Origin: Marsupella aquatica
Lineage: Eukaryota > Plantae > Marchantiophyta
Assembly (NCBI GenBank): GCA_973895155.1
Contig: OZ316893.1
Location: 248,001-312,000 of the forward strand
DNA length: 64,000 bases
Reading direction: 5' to 3'
Shown here piece after piece: positions 48,938-62,117 of the stretch. Each line of letters starts with the position of its first letter. The first letter of the stretch is position 1. The notes beneath the pieces are model-generated. The model saw only the letters and a program-made list of their open reading frames with translations, had not been told where the DNA came from and ran no database searches. A program made the position numbers and the translations under genes.

Positions 48938-51529
48938 GACTCCAAATGGATTGTTGCTTCCGGATGGTTCAGTTATCGTGAAGCGTTCTATCCGTTGCTA
49001 TGATTTCGAGAGCTGTTTGGAGTGAGGGAGTTTGGAAACTCTAAAGTGGCGCGATGAGCCCCCAGGCCCGAGAAACTTTCTCCCATTGCTTCCTTCATCG
49101 TTCTGCCAGTTTCAAAGTGGCACGAGCTTCCATGTTTGGAAGGCCTGCTCTTAGCGTGAAACTGTGTCGCATCCCCATGTCCTTTGGTCAGAATGATTCC
49201 CACGGCCAAACATACACTTGTTAACTCCTAAAGATCCGGTTAGGATCCAAACGGCGGCTGAGCCATCCCCATTCGTAGGCTTTTGGTCGCTCAATGATGC
49301 CTTTGCTGCTAACGACAAAATTAAGGTGGGCGTCATGCCATGCTTACAATGAAATCGACTGGCTGAACTCGCAGCGTTGCTGCCGCTGATCCAAATCTAT
49401 GTTTCTGTCTCTCCGATGGACAGTGCTCTCACGGACTTTCTTATGCTGTGTGTCAACACCGATAGTGACCCTACGAAGATCGGACATGTTCAATGCCAGG
49501 TGAAAAATCAAAACCGGTGAAAATCAAATCAGATCGATGAAGGTTTCATAGCGTGGAAGTATGTTGGTGTTCAAATCCTCCATCCGGACTTTCGCCGGCC
49601 TGATTCTGCAGCCAACGGACAACAAGCGAGACAGCTGTGCCGACACTTCAACACGCATCCACTTGCAACCAACACCAGCACATGACTAATCGTCATGGCA
49701 GCTCCCTGCGCGTTCTTTCACACGATCGTCGCGAGGTCTGTCAATGTTTTTGCCTTGACACATCAAATTTAATTCCATTGGAAGTGACACAGTACAACAG
49801 GGTGGCCCACAAAAGGGGGACAACACCCAAAGGGAACCGGAGGACGACGTGCTAAAAACTGGGGAAGCCGGCACCATGGCAGACGAAAGGCCCCCAGAGG
49901 GTGGCAGGTAAACGAGACGTTCAACCACTGTAGACGGAGCACCACACTCCGTAAGACCGGCCAATGAAGAAGCCCCGGTGGGGAACCATCCAGTGGTCTG
50001 TCAAATTTGTTCACTTCCGTTCTCGCTTTTAGTCCGCAGGGGGTATTGGAACCTTTTGGGTCAAATGTACAGTAGTTTGGGGAAGTGTGACGCCGTTACA
50101 TTGAGGCTCCTCCCTGTCTTTGCGTATTTGGCGACTATCATGTCAGCCGTTGATCATAGCTTGTGTTCCCCTTTTGATCCTCATCTCCTACGGTCCCGCC
50201 GTTTTCTACTCATACCATGCCCTTCGCTGAATCCTATATATGTAGCGAATAGTATATTAAATAGCATGTACATCCATAAGCTGAATAAAACGTTGCATAT
50301 TGGTAGTGGACAAGACATCGTAAATAGACATTGCTCCCTGTTAAAGTGAAATTAAATGGATGTGTATGTGCTATATGATGCTATATGATGCTCCGGTTTT
50401 GAAGTGACTTGTTAGCCCCGGGCTGGGTTTCTTGTGGCCATACAGCCAAACTAAAAGTGTGTCAGATGCAGATACAGGTCCCTCCGCCTAATTTGAATAA
50501 GTAACCTGAAAGCAGATTTGCGGTCTAGCACACATTGGCCGTATGCATCATCGGTCGGAGTAAGCATGAAAACTAAGTGAATGGATGTGCATTTGTTTGG
50601 ATGGAGGACCGTGAAATGAAAGGTCCAAAATACCCGCTCGAGCGCACTTCGATGTTCCGTGGAATATCTAAGGGGGAGGGGACCGGATTTCACCAAATCC
50701 ATATTTAAGTGCTCCTAGCATTGCCTGGTACTGCCGCTGCCGCGTGTACGTATCCACAGGAGGCATCCGTGGAAATTGTTCATATTCAGGGTTGAGGGTG
50801 CATCATGCTTTGGGCCATTGCATATTCAATTTGCTCTGTCTTGTCATAACAAATGAAGGAGTAGTACCATCCTCCTTAAACAAAGGCACGGTGTACACCA
50901 GATACTCATGTATCAATTCAGAATTCCAAAATTCGGAACCCAATTTGTGGAGATGCGTGACCCTTACAAAATATGATCTTCAACAAAACAGGGGAAGTTC
51001 AGGGTTATCACAGGGGAAGTGCCGTCATCACAAAAACAAGGAGTATCGCCCTTCTGTACTTAACAGTCGTGGCCTTCAAAACGTAAGTTTTCGGAATCAT
51101 CCGGAACCCTATGGACAATATAACTTATGGGCGCTTTGTAGAGCACACGTTCTCGGGCTGAAAAACATTCGATTCTGCAATCGACCCTGAACTATCATAA
51201 AAAGGCAGGGCAAGCCTGTGAACCACACATTGTGGCACCAGCTTGGGGAAACGCGTATCTATGACGAGGCATCATCTCGAGGCGAGTGGCTTGATGCCAC
51301 TGACATGACGACGGGGTTTAGGGTTCCCCATGATGACTTTGTCCATGAACTGCTGAAAGGCAGCCTCAGGGCCAGCCAAAACATGGATGGAAGGCCACCA
51401 GCTCTTGAACATTGGAAACCCACCAGAGAGACGTTGCAAGCTTGTCTGGTAACCCCCCCCGGGCTATGTTGGATTTAGGGTCTAAAGTTGAATGTAGAAC
51501 GTCTGTAGCTGGCTTCTCCGCGTTTTCAC

Positions 51530-51574
51530 GATCCACACTCGCCTGATCCACACTCGCCTGATCCACACTCGCCT
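51530..51574. repeat. 3 x 15-bp perfect tandem repeat
   Basis: gatccacactcgcct x3. Confidence 0.95.
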
Positions 51575-52204
51575 GCGTGCCCAACAGCCTCGACAATTCC
51601 ATCACTTTACACCTCCACGCATCCCTAAAATTATGCGATCCACAGTTTGAGTGGCTCGCCCATGCCTGTCTACAAGACAACACATTGCAAAAGATGTGAA
51701 TGGATAATAATCATGAAACTGACCCTTCACGTTGTGCTGATCTGTGTGGCATTACTCGATGTTCAGTGTGTTGGAATGGAAGCGAATACCAACTCCTGAA
51801 TGAACAACTTGCTTTATATACAGGTACCAGATCCTTAGGAGATATGCTTCCCTCCCTAACGTGATTTGGTGAAAACTTAACAATGTGCCCCTACAAAGTA
51901 TAGAACAGGCCACATAAACCTCCCAGGCATTCGGTTAAAAGGCAGGGCATGATCCATGACCCTAACAAGCAATCGGTTCTATGCCAGCTGCCGAAACTCC
52001 CCTCCTGGGAATTTTGGCGACCCTGGGCCCCGATTTATCTCCTAGTCAGGCTTCCATAAACCCTAAACCCATTAGTTGCTTCAGCTGGTTTAGCTGATTT
52101 TGTGCTTGCGTTTTCAAAAGCTGATTCCGGTTGAGGAGATCTTCGCATTCCAACCCTAAAGCCTGTCTCTCTGCAGTTCCTGACATCAACTCCTCATTAG
52201 CCTT

Positions 52205-54295
52205 TTACAATTGATGTTGGAGTGCCTGGTTCTTCGATCGAAGACTTGCGACCTCTGTCTCTAACTTAGCTTGCATCTCCCCAAGTTTGGCTTCTGACTT
52301 GTTTTTGTCGGCCTCCAATTCTTTTGCGGCTAAGCCCAAGTTGTGGATCGAGTTGTCCCTTTCCTTGGCCAGGTCCTGAACTGCTCTGGCCAACTTGAGT
52401 TCCAAATCAGACACTTGCTGGTGCTTGGTATGTCGTAATTTCACCAAATTTGTGTTGGCGTCAGCGGTCGTTGCTTTCTTGGCTACCAGTTCGGCTCTAT
52501 ACCGAGTTTCGAGTATGGCTGTCTCCTGCGACACCTTACTCAATTGTATACAAACCGACTCAAGCAATTTCTTAGCTTTGGACGCCTCCTCCTCCTTCCG
52601 CCGAATTTCCTGCACGAGCTTCCGCAACTCCTCTTGTAAAAGGGGTGCAGCCTTCTCAATTGTTTGGGCTCCCTTTGGTGATTCAGCACCGGGTTGATAT
52701 TCCACAGTCGGAACCGTCTCGTATCCAATCGAGATTCTTGCGGGTGGTCCTACGGCCGGGTTATTTTCAGACTCGTCTCCGCCGTTGTTGTCAGCACAGG
52801 ATTCCGATATCGTACTTCTAGCCAGTAGAGCTAACCCCGAGGTGAATCGTCGGGAAAACAATTTCTCAACCTCATCGTCCTCGGCGTTCTGTACAGGAAC
52901 TCCCATGTCATCTCCTAGTTCTGTTTGGGACTTTGAGGTGTCGACCTCTACTGTCTGCCTTAGTGCCAGCGGCAGTGGTTTCTTACTCCACATGATAAAT
53001 GCTGGGTCCCGGCCTTCTACATCTTCTTGTCCCTTCCCTAGTCCGATTTGAGTGGGAATCTCTGCTGGCTGATGTAGTTGAGATCGAGCATGTTTTATGA
53101 TCAATGGCAAATGATAGGCCAGCCGGGAAACACCCCCAACCGACATCATTCTATGATTGGTATTCAACGCCTCCAACAATCTCTTGAAAAGAAAACCACA
53201 GTAGTCCACCCCTGTGCTGAGCTGATGTACCAATGCCACCTCATTCTTCCCAAACTCAGGCCGTCTCGGAGTAAACCACATCGTAACTCGAAGGAAATCC
53301 AGGATGTCGCGAGTCTGAATATTGATACATTCACAGCGCAAGAATCCGTTTACGTTGGGTGGTCCCTCAAAGTCCCTGCACTCGGTGTCCTTATCGTGAA
53401 CCATCCTGCCAATTTTAACCGGCTGTCCCAAGGCTAGCCCGAACACTTCGGATACCACCTTCTCTGAAAATTGGAATTCTCGACCAAATATATGCGTGAG
53501 CTTGCGCTCAGGATCCCAATTAGCTACGAACGTCATCATCTCTCTGTGGGTTATATCTTGGGCAGTCCAGGGTAACCAGACAAAATTCTCCAGCCCCGAC
53601 CCGTGTAGGAATTTGGGATACCTGCCCGAAACTACAACTCGGAATACATCGTCGTCATCCCGAATAAATTTGAGTCGAAGTTCCTCTGCTACCGTGTCAA
53701 CCCAACCCTTCCAATTCCAATCCTTTGGCGTCGATGTGGTGACCGCATCATCAATTCCTCCCGGTTCTTCCCCAGTCTCACTATTCTGACCTAGACTCGT
53801 TGGTGGCACTGTCGGTGTCTCGTTTCGTTGCGGTCGTGCTGACTCCCGACCTGCTCCACTCTTCTTTATTTTTGCCGGTGGCGCAGCGACTGCCTCTCCA
53901 TGTTTCTTCCCGCGTGCATTTGTTGCCAGCAGAGCTTGTTTCCCCTTGCTTCCTCGCCGTGAGCCTTCACCTAGCACAGCCTCTGGCGTCCACTTCAACG
54001 TCCAGCCTGGTAGTACCCACCTGTCGTCTGGACACCTATCAATCGCTCGCCTTACCGACAACAACTGATCCTCCTCAAACCAAATGCGGTTGAGTTCATC
54101 AACCGATGGTGACCATAAAAGATCCACAAAAATGCATTCCCCGCCGACGAATGCAACCTCAAGGAGCTCCCACAACTTTTGTATGAGTTGTCTCTCTTCA
54201 TCCGCTCGCTCTGGCTGCTGCTCTTCGTATGTTGCTATGAGTAGACCCCCGTACTCGAGAACACAGCCCCAATAATGTCTTGCCTGATTCACCAT
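52205..54295 (-). CDS. About 696-aa homologue of the LTR-encoded protein (start MVNQARHYWG)
   Basis: VNQARHYWGCVLE vs VNQAAHFWGCLFE; WKGWVDT vs WKGWAAT; GSGLENFVWLPW vs GSGLEAFVRLPW; SEVFGL; RLAYHLPL vs RLGYHMPL; C-terminal coiled coil. No stops. Confidence 0.8.
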   Translation of the reverse strand: MVNQARHYWGCVLEYGGLLIATYEEQQPERADEERQLIQKLWELLEVAFVGGECIFVDLLWSPSVDELNRIWFEEDQLLSVRRAIDRCPDDRWVLPGWTLKWTPEAVLGEGSRRGSKGKQALLATNARGKKHGEAVAAPPAKIKKSGAGRESARPQRNETPTVPPTSLGQNSETGEEPGGIDDAVTTSTPKDWNWKGWVDTVAEELRLKFIRDDDDVFRVVVSGRYPKFLHGSGLENFVWLPWTAQDITHREMMTFVANWDPERKLTHIFGREFQFSEKVVSEVFGLALGQPVKIGRMVHDKDTECRDFEGPPNVNGFLRCECINIQTRDILDFLRVTMWFTPRRPEFGKNEVALVHQLSTGVDYCGFLFKRLLEALNTNHRMMSVGGVSRLAYHLPLIIKHARSQLHQPAEIPTQIGLGKGQEDVEGRDPAFIMWSKKPLPLALRQTVEVDTSKSQTELGDDMGVPVQNAEDDEVEKLFSRRFTSGLALLARSTISESCADNNGGDESENNPAVGPPARISIGYETVPTVEYQPGAESPKGAQTIEKAAPLLQEELRKLVQEIRRKEEEASKAKKLLESVCIQLSKVSQETAILETRYRAELVAKKATTADANTNLVKLRHTKHQQVSDLELKLARAVQDLAKERDNSIHNLGLAAKELEADKNKSEAKLGEMQAKLETEVASLRSKNQALQHQL

Positions 54296-57200
54296 CGTTA
54301 TAGCGCGAATAAAGAATGACACCAAAGGATGGTTGAACCCTAAAAACCACGCCTCGCCTCGCCTCGCCCGCCGATAGCCTGAAAAGTGAAATGTGCGAAT
54401 GAACAGTGTTTCATATGCGTCGCCTGATGAAAGCATTGAACTACTTGAGTATGAGAGAGATGCCCCGAGCAGAATATGCGACTGAGTGTTTCTTGTTGAG
54501 TGACGCTTGTACTAAGAATTAAGTACCCTAGTACTACACGGTGATGCGGCCACCACACCCTTCGAGCTCAGTGTTCGTCGTTAGAGCGGCACTGGCACTG
54601 GTACTAATAACTACCCTACTTCTACACGGGGATGTGCCAACCCCACCCATTCGAGCTGTACGGTAGGTAGAAGCGTGAGCCTGAAGGTCGCCTGCTCTAA
54701 TTGATCAATTTACTTCAAGCGGCGAAGTTTTTGCTTCATTGGCACGCCGGGCTTTGGTGAGTGTTTAGATCCAGGGTAGAACCAGTATATATAATAGGGA
54801 TGGGCACCTTTCGTTTTCATTATCAACATAATATATATTTCAAGTCCCTATTAATATCTCTTCTGTGGCAGGCGGGTTAGGGTCGGGGTATTGTTCAGAG
54901 TTTAGGGTTTAGAACAAAACAATGTGTGAAAAAAATTTCTAAGCAGGTCAGCTTTTGTATAAGATTTGAGTTAGGTGTGTTTTTAATTAGTAGTTACAAA
55001 ATTAAGTGTGACTATAACTAAGGTAATTAAGGCCAAGATTATATAAGATTTGGGTCAGGTGTGCTTTTTATTGACTTATATCACCAATGGGAGTGGCTGG
55101 ATTTAGGTTAAGACCAAGAATTCGAGGTGTCTCAATGTTGACTTGGAATTTTCTGATCCATGAGGGCATCCCCTTTGGCATACTTATTTGCTAATTGTTT
55201 ACATGGTCATGATCGAAGAGAATTTTTCAGTGCTTCCTTAGTGGTCTCATAGTACTAAAGAGACAAAGTGCCTGGTGTGAAAAGTTTTGCTTTGTCCAGG
55301 GGTGAGGTCACCCCAACGTCACTCTCATATTACCCAATTTGGCCCAAAAGCATAGTGGACCACGAATACGTTTGCTACAGAGTGACTCAATGCAAGTAAG
55401 CAGTCAGTCCTCCGAGACAAAGGTATTCTTCTTCCATGATGGCACCACTCTTGTCAACTCAATTCCAGGTAACTCTTGGTTTTTCATCAATAACTGGAAA
55501 ATGACATTGGACATGTTGCAAAGATGGGTTTTCATCCATAGAGTTTAGGGTTTTCTGGAAACAACTACAGAGTACACTCTAGTAGTCGTGTAATTTAGTT
55601 CAGCCTTTGTGACTGACCCGCTCGGTCACAGGCCTGGTATAATACTAGCTGGGACTACTGTACTTGTCCTTTGAACGTGAATAGCGGCGAGGAGAAAATA
55701 AATGTAGACTAGAAGCTATTGTTCACGCGTACGGTCTAGAGTGAAGGCTCTAGACCATAACTCTAGGGTCAAAAAATTGCGGGTGCTGACGGAAAGTGAG
55801 GGTGAGGAGTAACACGACGTAGGGGAGCGCAAACTAGGTCAAAAGTAGCATAAATCTCAAAGTGGGCGGTGCGGCAGATCTGGCAGTGTCACACGGGAAC
55901 GCGAGGGTAGGTGCACAAGGGAGCCGATGGATATTGCGATGGCGGTGCGTGGGAAAGCACAGGAGCTACGTCCTGTGAATGCAAGGGAAGTTCCAGCTCA
56001 GTAATGATCGCTCAAATGCCATTTCATTTTTGCTTTGCTGTTTGATCGTTGTTTTGCAGATCATTGTCCTCGACAATCATCCCAGCTTGCATCCTCAACA
56101 ATCATCCCAGCAGCAAACGCAAGCTTACAGAGGAGCGGCCTTTTGATTGGAGCCCACTTTGCTTTTCATTTCCTGGTGAGACATGTAAACAAACTGACGT
56201 ATTATTTTCACTCGACTCAATCTACTTTACTGCTTGCATGTGGCAGGATGAGTGTAAGTCAAATCGAATTATTCTCGGCAAAGGTTTTGAATTCCTCCCC
56301 GCAGGTCGCTCTGGGTAGCCCTGGTCCAGGTTCGAGGTAGCAACCTCTGCTACAGATTTTCGCCTCTCCCTCTGACGACTCCCGGATCCACTCCTACTGA
56401 GGAGACCGTTGAGAGATGATTCATAAAGCTTAGCATTACTTTATGTGGAGTTCTGTGAGTGGACTGCTCATGAGATTGATCGATCGCGGAATCCTTTGCA
56501 GGTGTATGGTGCTGCGGTGAATCTTTGTCAGGGCGAAAGAACTACCTAAAGCCCTGAGTGCAAACAACACTGCGCGACTACTATTCATGGACGGTACTCT
56601 ACTGCTTCGGCACAATTGATTAGTTGTATGCAAGAGGCTTTGCTTGGAGTCCAGTAGTGCTTAGCGCTTGGCTCTCTCCGATTACAGTGACTCACATATT
56701 TCTTGTTGAACGTTTTTTTCTGTTTATAGTGATGCGATAGTCGACGTATGATCATGCAACAACCAAAATCACAGCGTCGGCAGCTAGCTTCGATACGGGA
56801 CGAGCATTTCATGCTTGATGTGAATAGTTGTATGTTCTCTCGCCCATCGTGACACGATTTGCTATCTTACTCATAAAGCGCCAACTACAAGGACGAGTTG
56901 GGGCCTAGGCTTCTAAGACCCCAACTGTAGGTTGTAGTTGGCGCTTTTATAAATGAGACATTTCAAGAGTTGGAATATGGAATACATTTTGTTTACATTT
57001 TATTGTACTCTCCTCAGGTACTGACGTTTAAAGAACGGGTAGTCGGTGCTAGTCTTAAGTAATGATGAAGCGGGTTCACGACCTAGGGTGTAGAGTTAAC
57101 CCTCGAGACCGTCATTATGGGGGCTTGTTGAACTTGGGAGCGAGGGTGTGTTCCAAGGATTGGGGGCAGGGTGAGTGTTTTGAAAACACAACGGGCTTGA

Positions 57201-59354
57201 GCGTAAATGCATTCCAAAATGCGTGAGCTGGGAAAGAGTTTGAAAATCAATACTAACGACTTGAAACCGAGTCTGTGGCCATGGTGATGAGCTTTCCAAT
57301 TCATACAACAATGTTTTCAATCGCGTCCACCAGAGACACACGTAGTACTACAAAGATCTCTTTTCGATAGATCTCAACTGCTCGAACTGAACTTAGCTAT
57401 TTAAGTTTGGGGTTCATTCTTGATTCAGCCCTGCCAATCTACTCTCCACCTCTTGCTGATGCGGTTGTGCTGTCAAATTTAGTGGGACATTGCAATGAAG
57501 TGAGGCACTTATTTTTGTTATTTGTCAATGTGGACAGGAGGAAATTCAATTGATTCACTAGGAGCTTCGATAGATTCAATTGGTTCTCTGTAGTCTGAAA
57601 TTTTAGCCTGTCCGGGAGCCCTGTCATCTAAAATCGGAGCCTCTCTTCGCTCCTTGCACTCCTCCTTCGACAAGCTTGAATGTGGATCTACTCGAATGCC
57701 CGTTCTCTCTTTTCAGCTCTTAGCTGCACGGATGGAAACTGGCGGAGTGTGCCTATTGGAGCTCATGTTTAGTATACAGCAGTAGCAAGAAAATGATCCA
57801 AGCAACAAGAGCGGGGCGGGGCGGGGCAGGGCAGGGCAGGGCCGGGCAGGGCAGGCGGCTGTAACCCATGTGGTGGTCTCCATCGGAGGCCAAATCCAGT
57901 GCTCTGTGAGAATTTTGACCGATGCCGTTTCCTCATTTTTTCCAGTTCAGCTGGGTTTTCTGGTGTTTGCATGTGCGACAAAAGGTCTGACCTTGAATCG
58001 GGTATTGGCATTGTTTTGTTGATCCTTTTACCTAGCGAGGGTTGAAAGTGGAGGGTGGATTGGATCACGGTGAGAGGCTTCGGGAGGACCCAGTGGTTGC
58101 CCAGATCCTGCTTGGATCACGGTACAACAACAGCAGGTGCAGAAGACATAGAAGAAGTAGTAGTTTTTGTTGACGAGTTCTGAATTGGATTAGGCTGAAT
58201 TAATTGCAGTGGTGATGGGCGGAACTGTGGCTCAAGTTAGTAGTACTCTCATGATTCCCGACAGTACCCTGTGATTTTGTAATCCTGTGAAAGACAAAAA
58301 TATGTCATTCACCAAGAGGCCATCTTCCAAGGAGACGACCTGGACGTGAATTTGTGTTTGGTTCTGACGAATTTGTGATTCAGCGTTGTGGAGAGAGTTT
58401 AGGGTTGTAAAATTCTTTGGAATCCATTTTGCCATGTTTTCATTTAGGGGTTAATCTGGGCCGAGGCTGATGCTGCAAGGTAGAGCAGCACAGCTGGACA
58501 TGTTCCATCGCCATCGGTGTCCCATATGCGAGAAACATTTGTTGCAGCCTGGCCAGTTGATGTTGATTCTGGCAAAAAGTGGCAGGGAATCGATTGGCAA
58601 CTACCCCAGTCCAGCCCAACTATCAGTACTCAGCAGCTTATTGCAGATAGAGAAATGGCTTCAGTATAATAAGCTTAGAAGAACAGGTTGCAGTGTTGCA
58701 CTCCTATTCAGCATGGAAAGCATGACGTGAGTCTTTTGGAGATTCCAAGTAAATGATCAAAAAGGAGCTGGGGCTCTCTTCAGCCGGACTATATATGAAG
58801 CAACCTGAAAGAATTGTTGTCTTCAGTTTCGGTTTTTTTTTTCAATCAGGTTAAATTGAAGCCAAACGTTTTTCAATTCATCGTATTGTACAACACACGA
58901 GCTATCAGATTTGGAACCTTTTAAATAACTTGGTATCATTTGCGTGAAGAAGATCAATCCAATTTTGTACAATAATCCAAACAAATTTCTGCGCGCTGTG
59001 ACGCCACCGGTACGGCGGTTAATGAGTGATTCAGTCTAACTGCGCTCGGCACGCGCGTTGGGTGGGTCTTAGGCCGCTATTATTAGCATAACGACAGTAT
59101 TTAGGTAATCATTAGGGGTAGGACATCATTAGGCAATAAGGGGGACTTCAGGTTCGGGCTGGCGGCGGGTCGCTATTCGCACACCCGGGTTACGAGCGTG
59201 GAAGGGCCCCTCCCTCGGGTCCGTATAACGAACTTAAGGAAGCGGCCACTGACGCACGCTGACTCAAACCAGCGGAGTGGCCGGTACACCACAAGCGTGA
59301 GCGGTTCAGCCTATGGGCGTCGAGGAGACGTCGGGGATCGACAAGCCCTCAAAG

Positions 59355-59361
59355 TATAAAA
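59355..59361 (+). promoter_or_regulatory. TATA box
   Basis: TATAAAA about 360 bp inside the LTR and about 100 bp upstream of the ATG at 59463. Confidence 0.6.
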
Positions 59362-59462
59362 GGGGAGCCAACCCTTTGTAGTGCACCAGTCCATCAGTCT
59401 GCGCGCCAGCTTCGACCCCAGCTCTCTCGTTCTCTCTAGGTCGCCACTACTATCTCCTCTGA

Positions 59463-62117
59463 ATGTCGCACACGATCCTCTCCAGCTCGGCCATTTGATT
59501 CTGGACGCAGTTCCTATCTACCGGAAGGCACTTGGCCGATTCATTGAAACACGCCAACCCGCGCCGATACGAAATCGAACGCGAATACGAGAGAGCCATC
59601 CGCCTAGCAGGACGACACCACTACGTCCTTAACTTTGACTACCCGTCTCAGAGCGAGCTTTTCCGACCAGTAGAGGTATCTGGGTACTTCTTCAACGGAG
59701 ACAAATATATCGGGTTTTGGGAAGCATTGCTTCGGCTTCCGGACAAGGTCTTCAACATCCCGGGTACAATCAACCTGCAGCGATATCACTTTGACCACAT
59801 CCCTGCCCGGGTTTGGGCTGTCATTAACGGCGAGTCTAGTACCAACCGTTCGACAAGGGCGTCCGCACTCGCTTCGGAGAACTTCTACCAGCACCTGCAG
59901 AGCTTCATGGGAACTCGGCCATCAACCAACATGACCAACTCAACCGTGCTCGTACCCGTACCCATGCCCATGCAACCCCAGCCTCAACCTCAGGCTCAGC
60001 TTCAGCTTCAGCCTCAGCCGCAGCCTAGCCAAACCCCACCACCTATCACCCAGCCAGCACAGGTACGCTCCGTCATCAACGCTGTGGATCTTAGCGATGA
60101 CGACGAGGCTACCCCACCCTTGACCAGGCGGCCCAGAGGAACAAGCGCTCGGGGGGCCGACACTATATCGTCCCCACCCCCTGCTCTGACCCCAGGAGCG
60201 GCCCCAGCAGACAACATGGTGACCGTGGCCGCCCCGGGCCCGTTACCAACGGCAGTGGCACTCCCCAGGCCCGATCGGGAGGATGGGGAAGTATCACCTT
60301 CCCCGAGTCAGTCACGGGGAAAGAAGAGGAAGGAATCCGCCACTGCATCCGGGTTACCGTTGGCCACGGTAGCCGTAGCCAAGGTGATGATGCACCGCAT
60401 GGGGGAAAACATTCACAGCAACATCCTCCATCCCAAGCATGCGGTGTACCTGAAGACTCAGGGATTTGAGCACCTCACCTCTCTCCCCTGGAACACTTGC
60501 AGGTACTACGGGGAGGACATGACAGAATTCGTCAAGAATTATGATGACGTACGTCAACAGACTCGGCTGCGGGGAAGGAATATGTCCCTCACAGAAGAAC
60601 GGCTCAAGATGATCTTCGGGTTACCCGAAGGTGACCATCGAGTCGAATCACGGGCTCCCGGGGGCAAGGGGGCCAAGTACCAATCTTCAAGTTTTCCCTC
60701 AGAGGGAGCAGTAGACAACGGGTTCGTGATGAGGACCTGCCTCATGCCCGAGATAGCTGAGCGGCTGGAGTTCCAAAGGTACGCTCTCCACATGATGGAA
60801 CCCCGGGGGGAGATCTCCGCCGCCCAGGTTATCCAGGTCGAGAACTATCGACCTAGGAAATGGGCGTCGTACTTCGCTAAGAAATTCCATGAAGAGATGG
60901 AGCGGCGAAGGAAGACGCTGTACATTGGCGGGAAGGCGTATTTCGCTAGCCACATCGAAATCATTCTTGAGTGGTACGCCCGGTTTGATCGACGAACCCT
61001 TCCCCGCATCAACGTTACAAAGCTGGTCCCAGCTAGGTGGGTTTTTCCGGCATTGGAGAGACGGCCCCAACCCAAGGCCCGAAGTCCAGTGGACACACCA
61101 GCTTCACCCACCCCACCTCCACAAATAGCTGTAATCGTAACCGAGGAGGCGCCGGAGGGGTCGGTCGGCGCAACCGTTGATGCGACCCAACTAGCCGGGC
61201 TAAGTACAGAAGTTGGTACGGCAGAGGTCTTACCCAAACCCGGGTCTCCCAAGGACCCACTGGTGGCAATTCCAGAGAACCGGATATTGTTGCAGGAGGA
61301 CACTCCAGCCCCTTCCAACGTTATGTCCCCAGGGCTGGACGTCACTGCCCCGGCCCCTACGCGTGTTGACGTCTACCCGTGCCCAAATCCGGACAGACAC
61401 AACTTGGACCACCCGGAACTCTTCGTACAGGATACGTTTCTGAACGGGCTTCTGGGAGATTTCTCTCATCAAATTTCCCGGGATACCGGGGAGTTCATGG
61501 CCCAGAAGGTAGCCTGTTTCTTCAATCAGGAGTTGGTTGCCGCAGTAAAGGCAGGTCGGGCCCAGTCGGAGGCCCTTCAGAGGATAGAGCGGTACCGGGT
61601 GGAGTCCGTGTACCTAAAGAATGAAGTGGCGGCTCAAGAGGCTGAGCTTCTGCAACTACGACCCAAGGTTGCAGCCGCCGATGAGTTGTTAGCAAAGGCG
61701 CACGCTCTTACCGCCCTAGCCGAACAGGCCAAAGCTGGGAACGAGGCTGAGATTACACGACTCCGGAACCAGATTGACAGTTTGAAGAAACAAGCTGTCA
61801 CGTGCCAGAAAGACCTGGAGGAGGCCGAGGAGCGAGCCCAGCGGGACACGGCGGAGATAGCCACGCTACAGGCCGAGATAGCGCGGCTCCAAACCGAGGC
61901 CGAGAAGCAGGATCAGCTGGTGGCTAAACTGACGAGCGATGCCCAACAGCTGGAGGAGGCATGTCAGGAGCCAGCAGAGGAGACGGACGCGGCGAGGCGA
62001 GAGAACGAATCTCTGCTGGACCAGGTCCAGCTCCTCAAAGCGGACAATGACAGGCTTCGAAGGCAGCAGGATGGCCGTTCCCATTCGGGCGGCTCTGGCA
62101 AGCGTGCCAGGCATTAG
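59463..62117 (+). pseudogene. LTR-encoded protein, family B (about 884 codons; single early TGA at 59496, otherwise open)
   Basis: ATG 59463 is in frame with ORF 59532-62117 (MSHTILSSSAI*FWTQFL vs MSNVNQAAHFWGCLF). GFEHLTSLPW..EFVKNYD..LRGRNMSLTEERLKMIFGLP; C-terminal coiled coil. Confidence 0.8.

Noticed and set aside
57811-57857. (GGGC[A/G])n G-quadruplex-capable tract, and the C-rich run at 397-440
   Set aside because: Simple low-complexity repeats with no supporting context.
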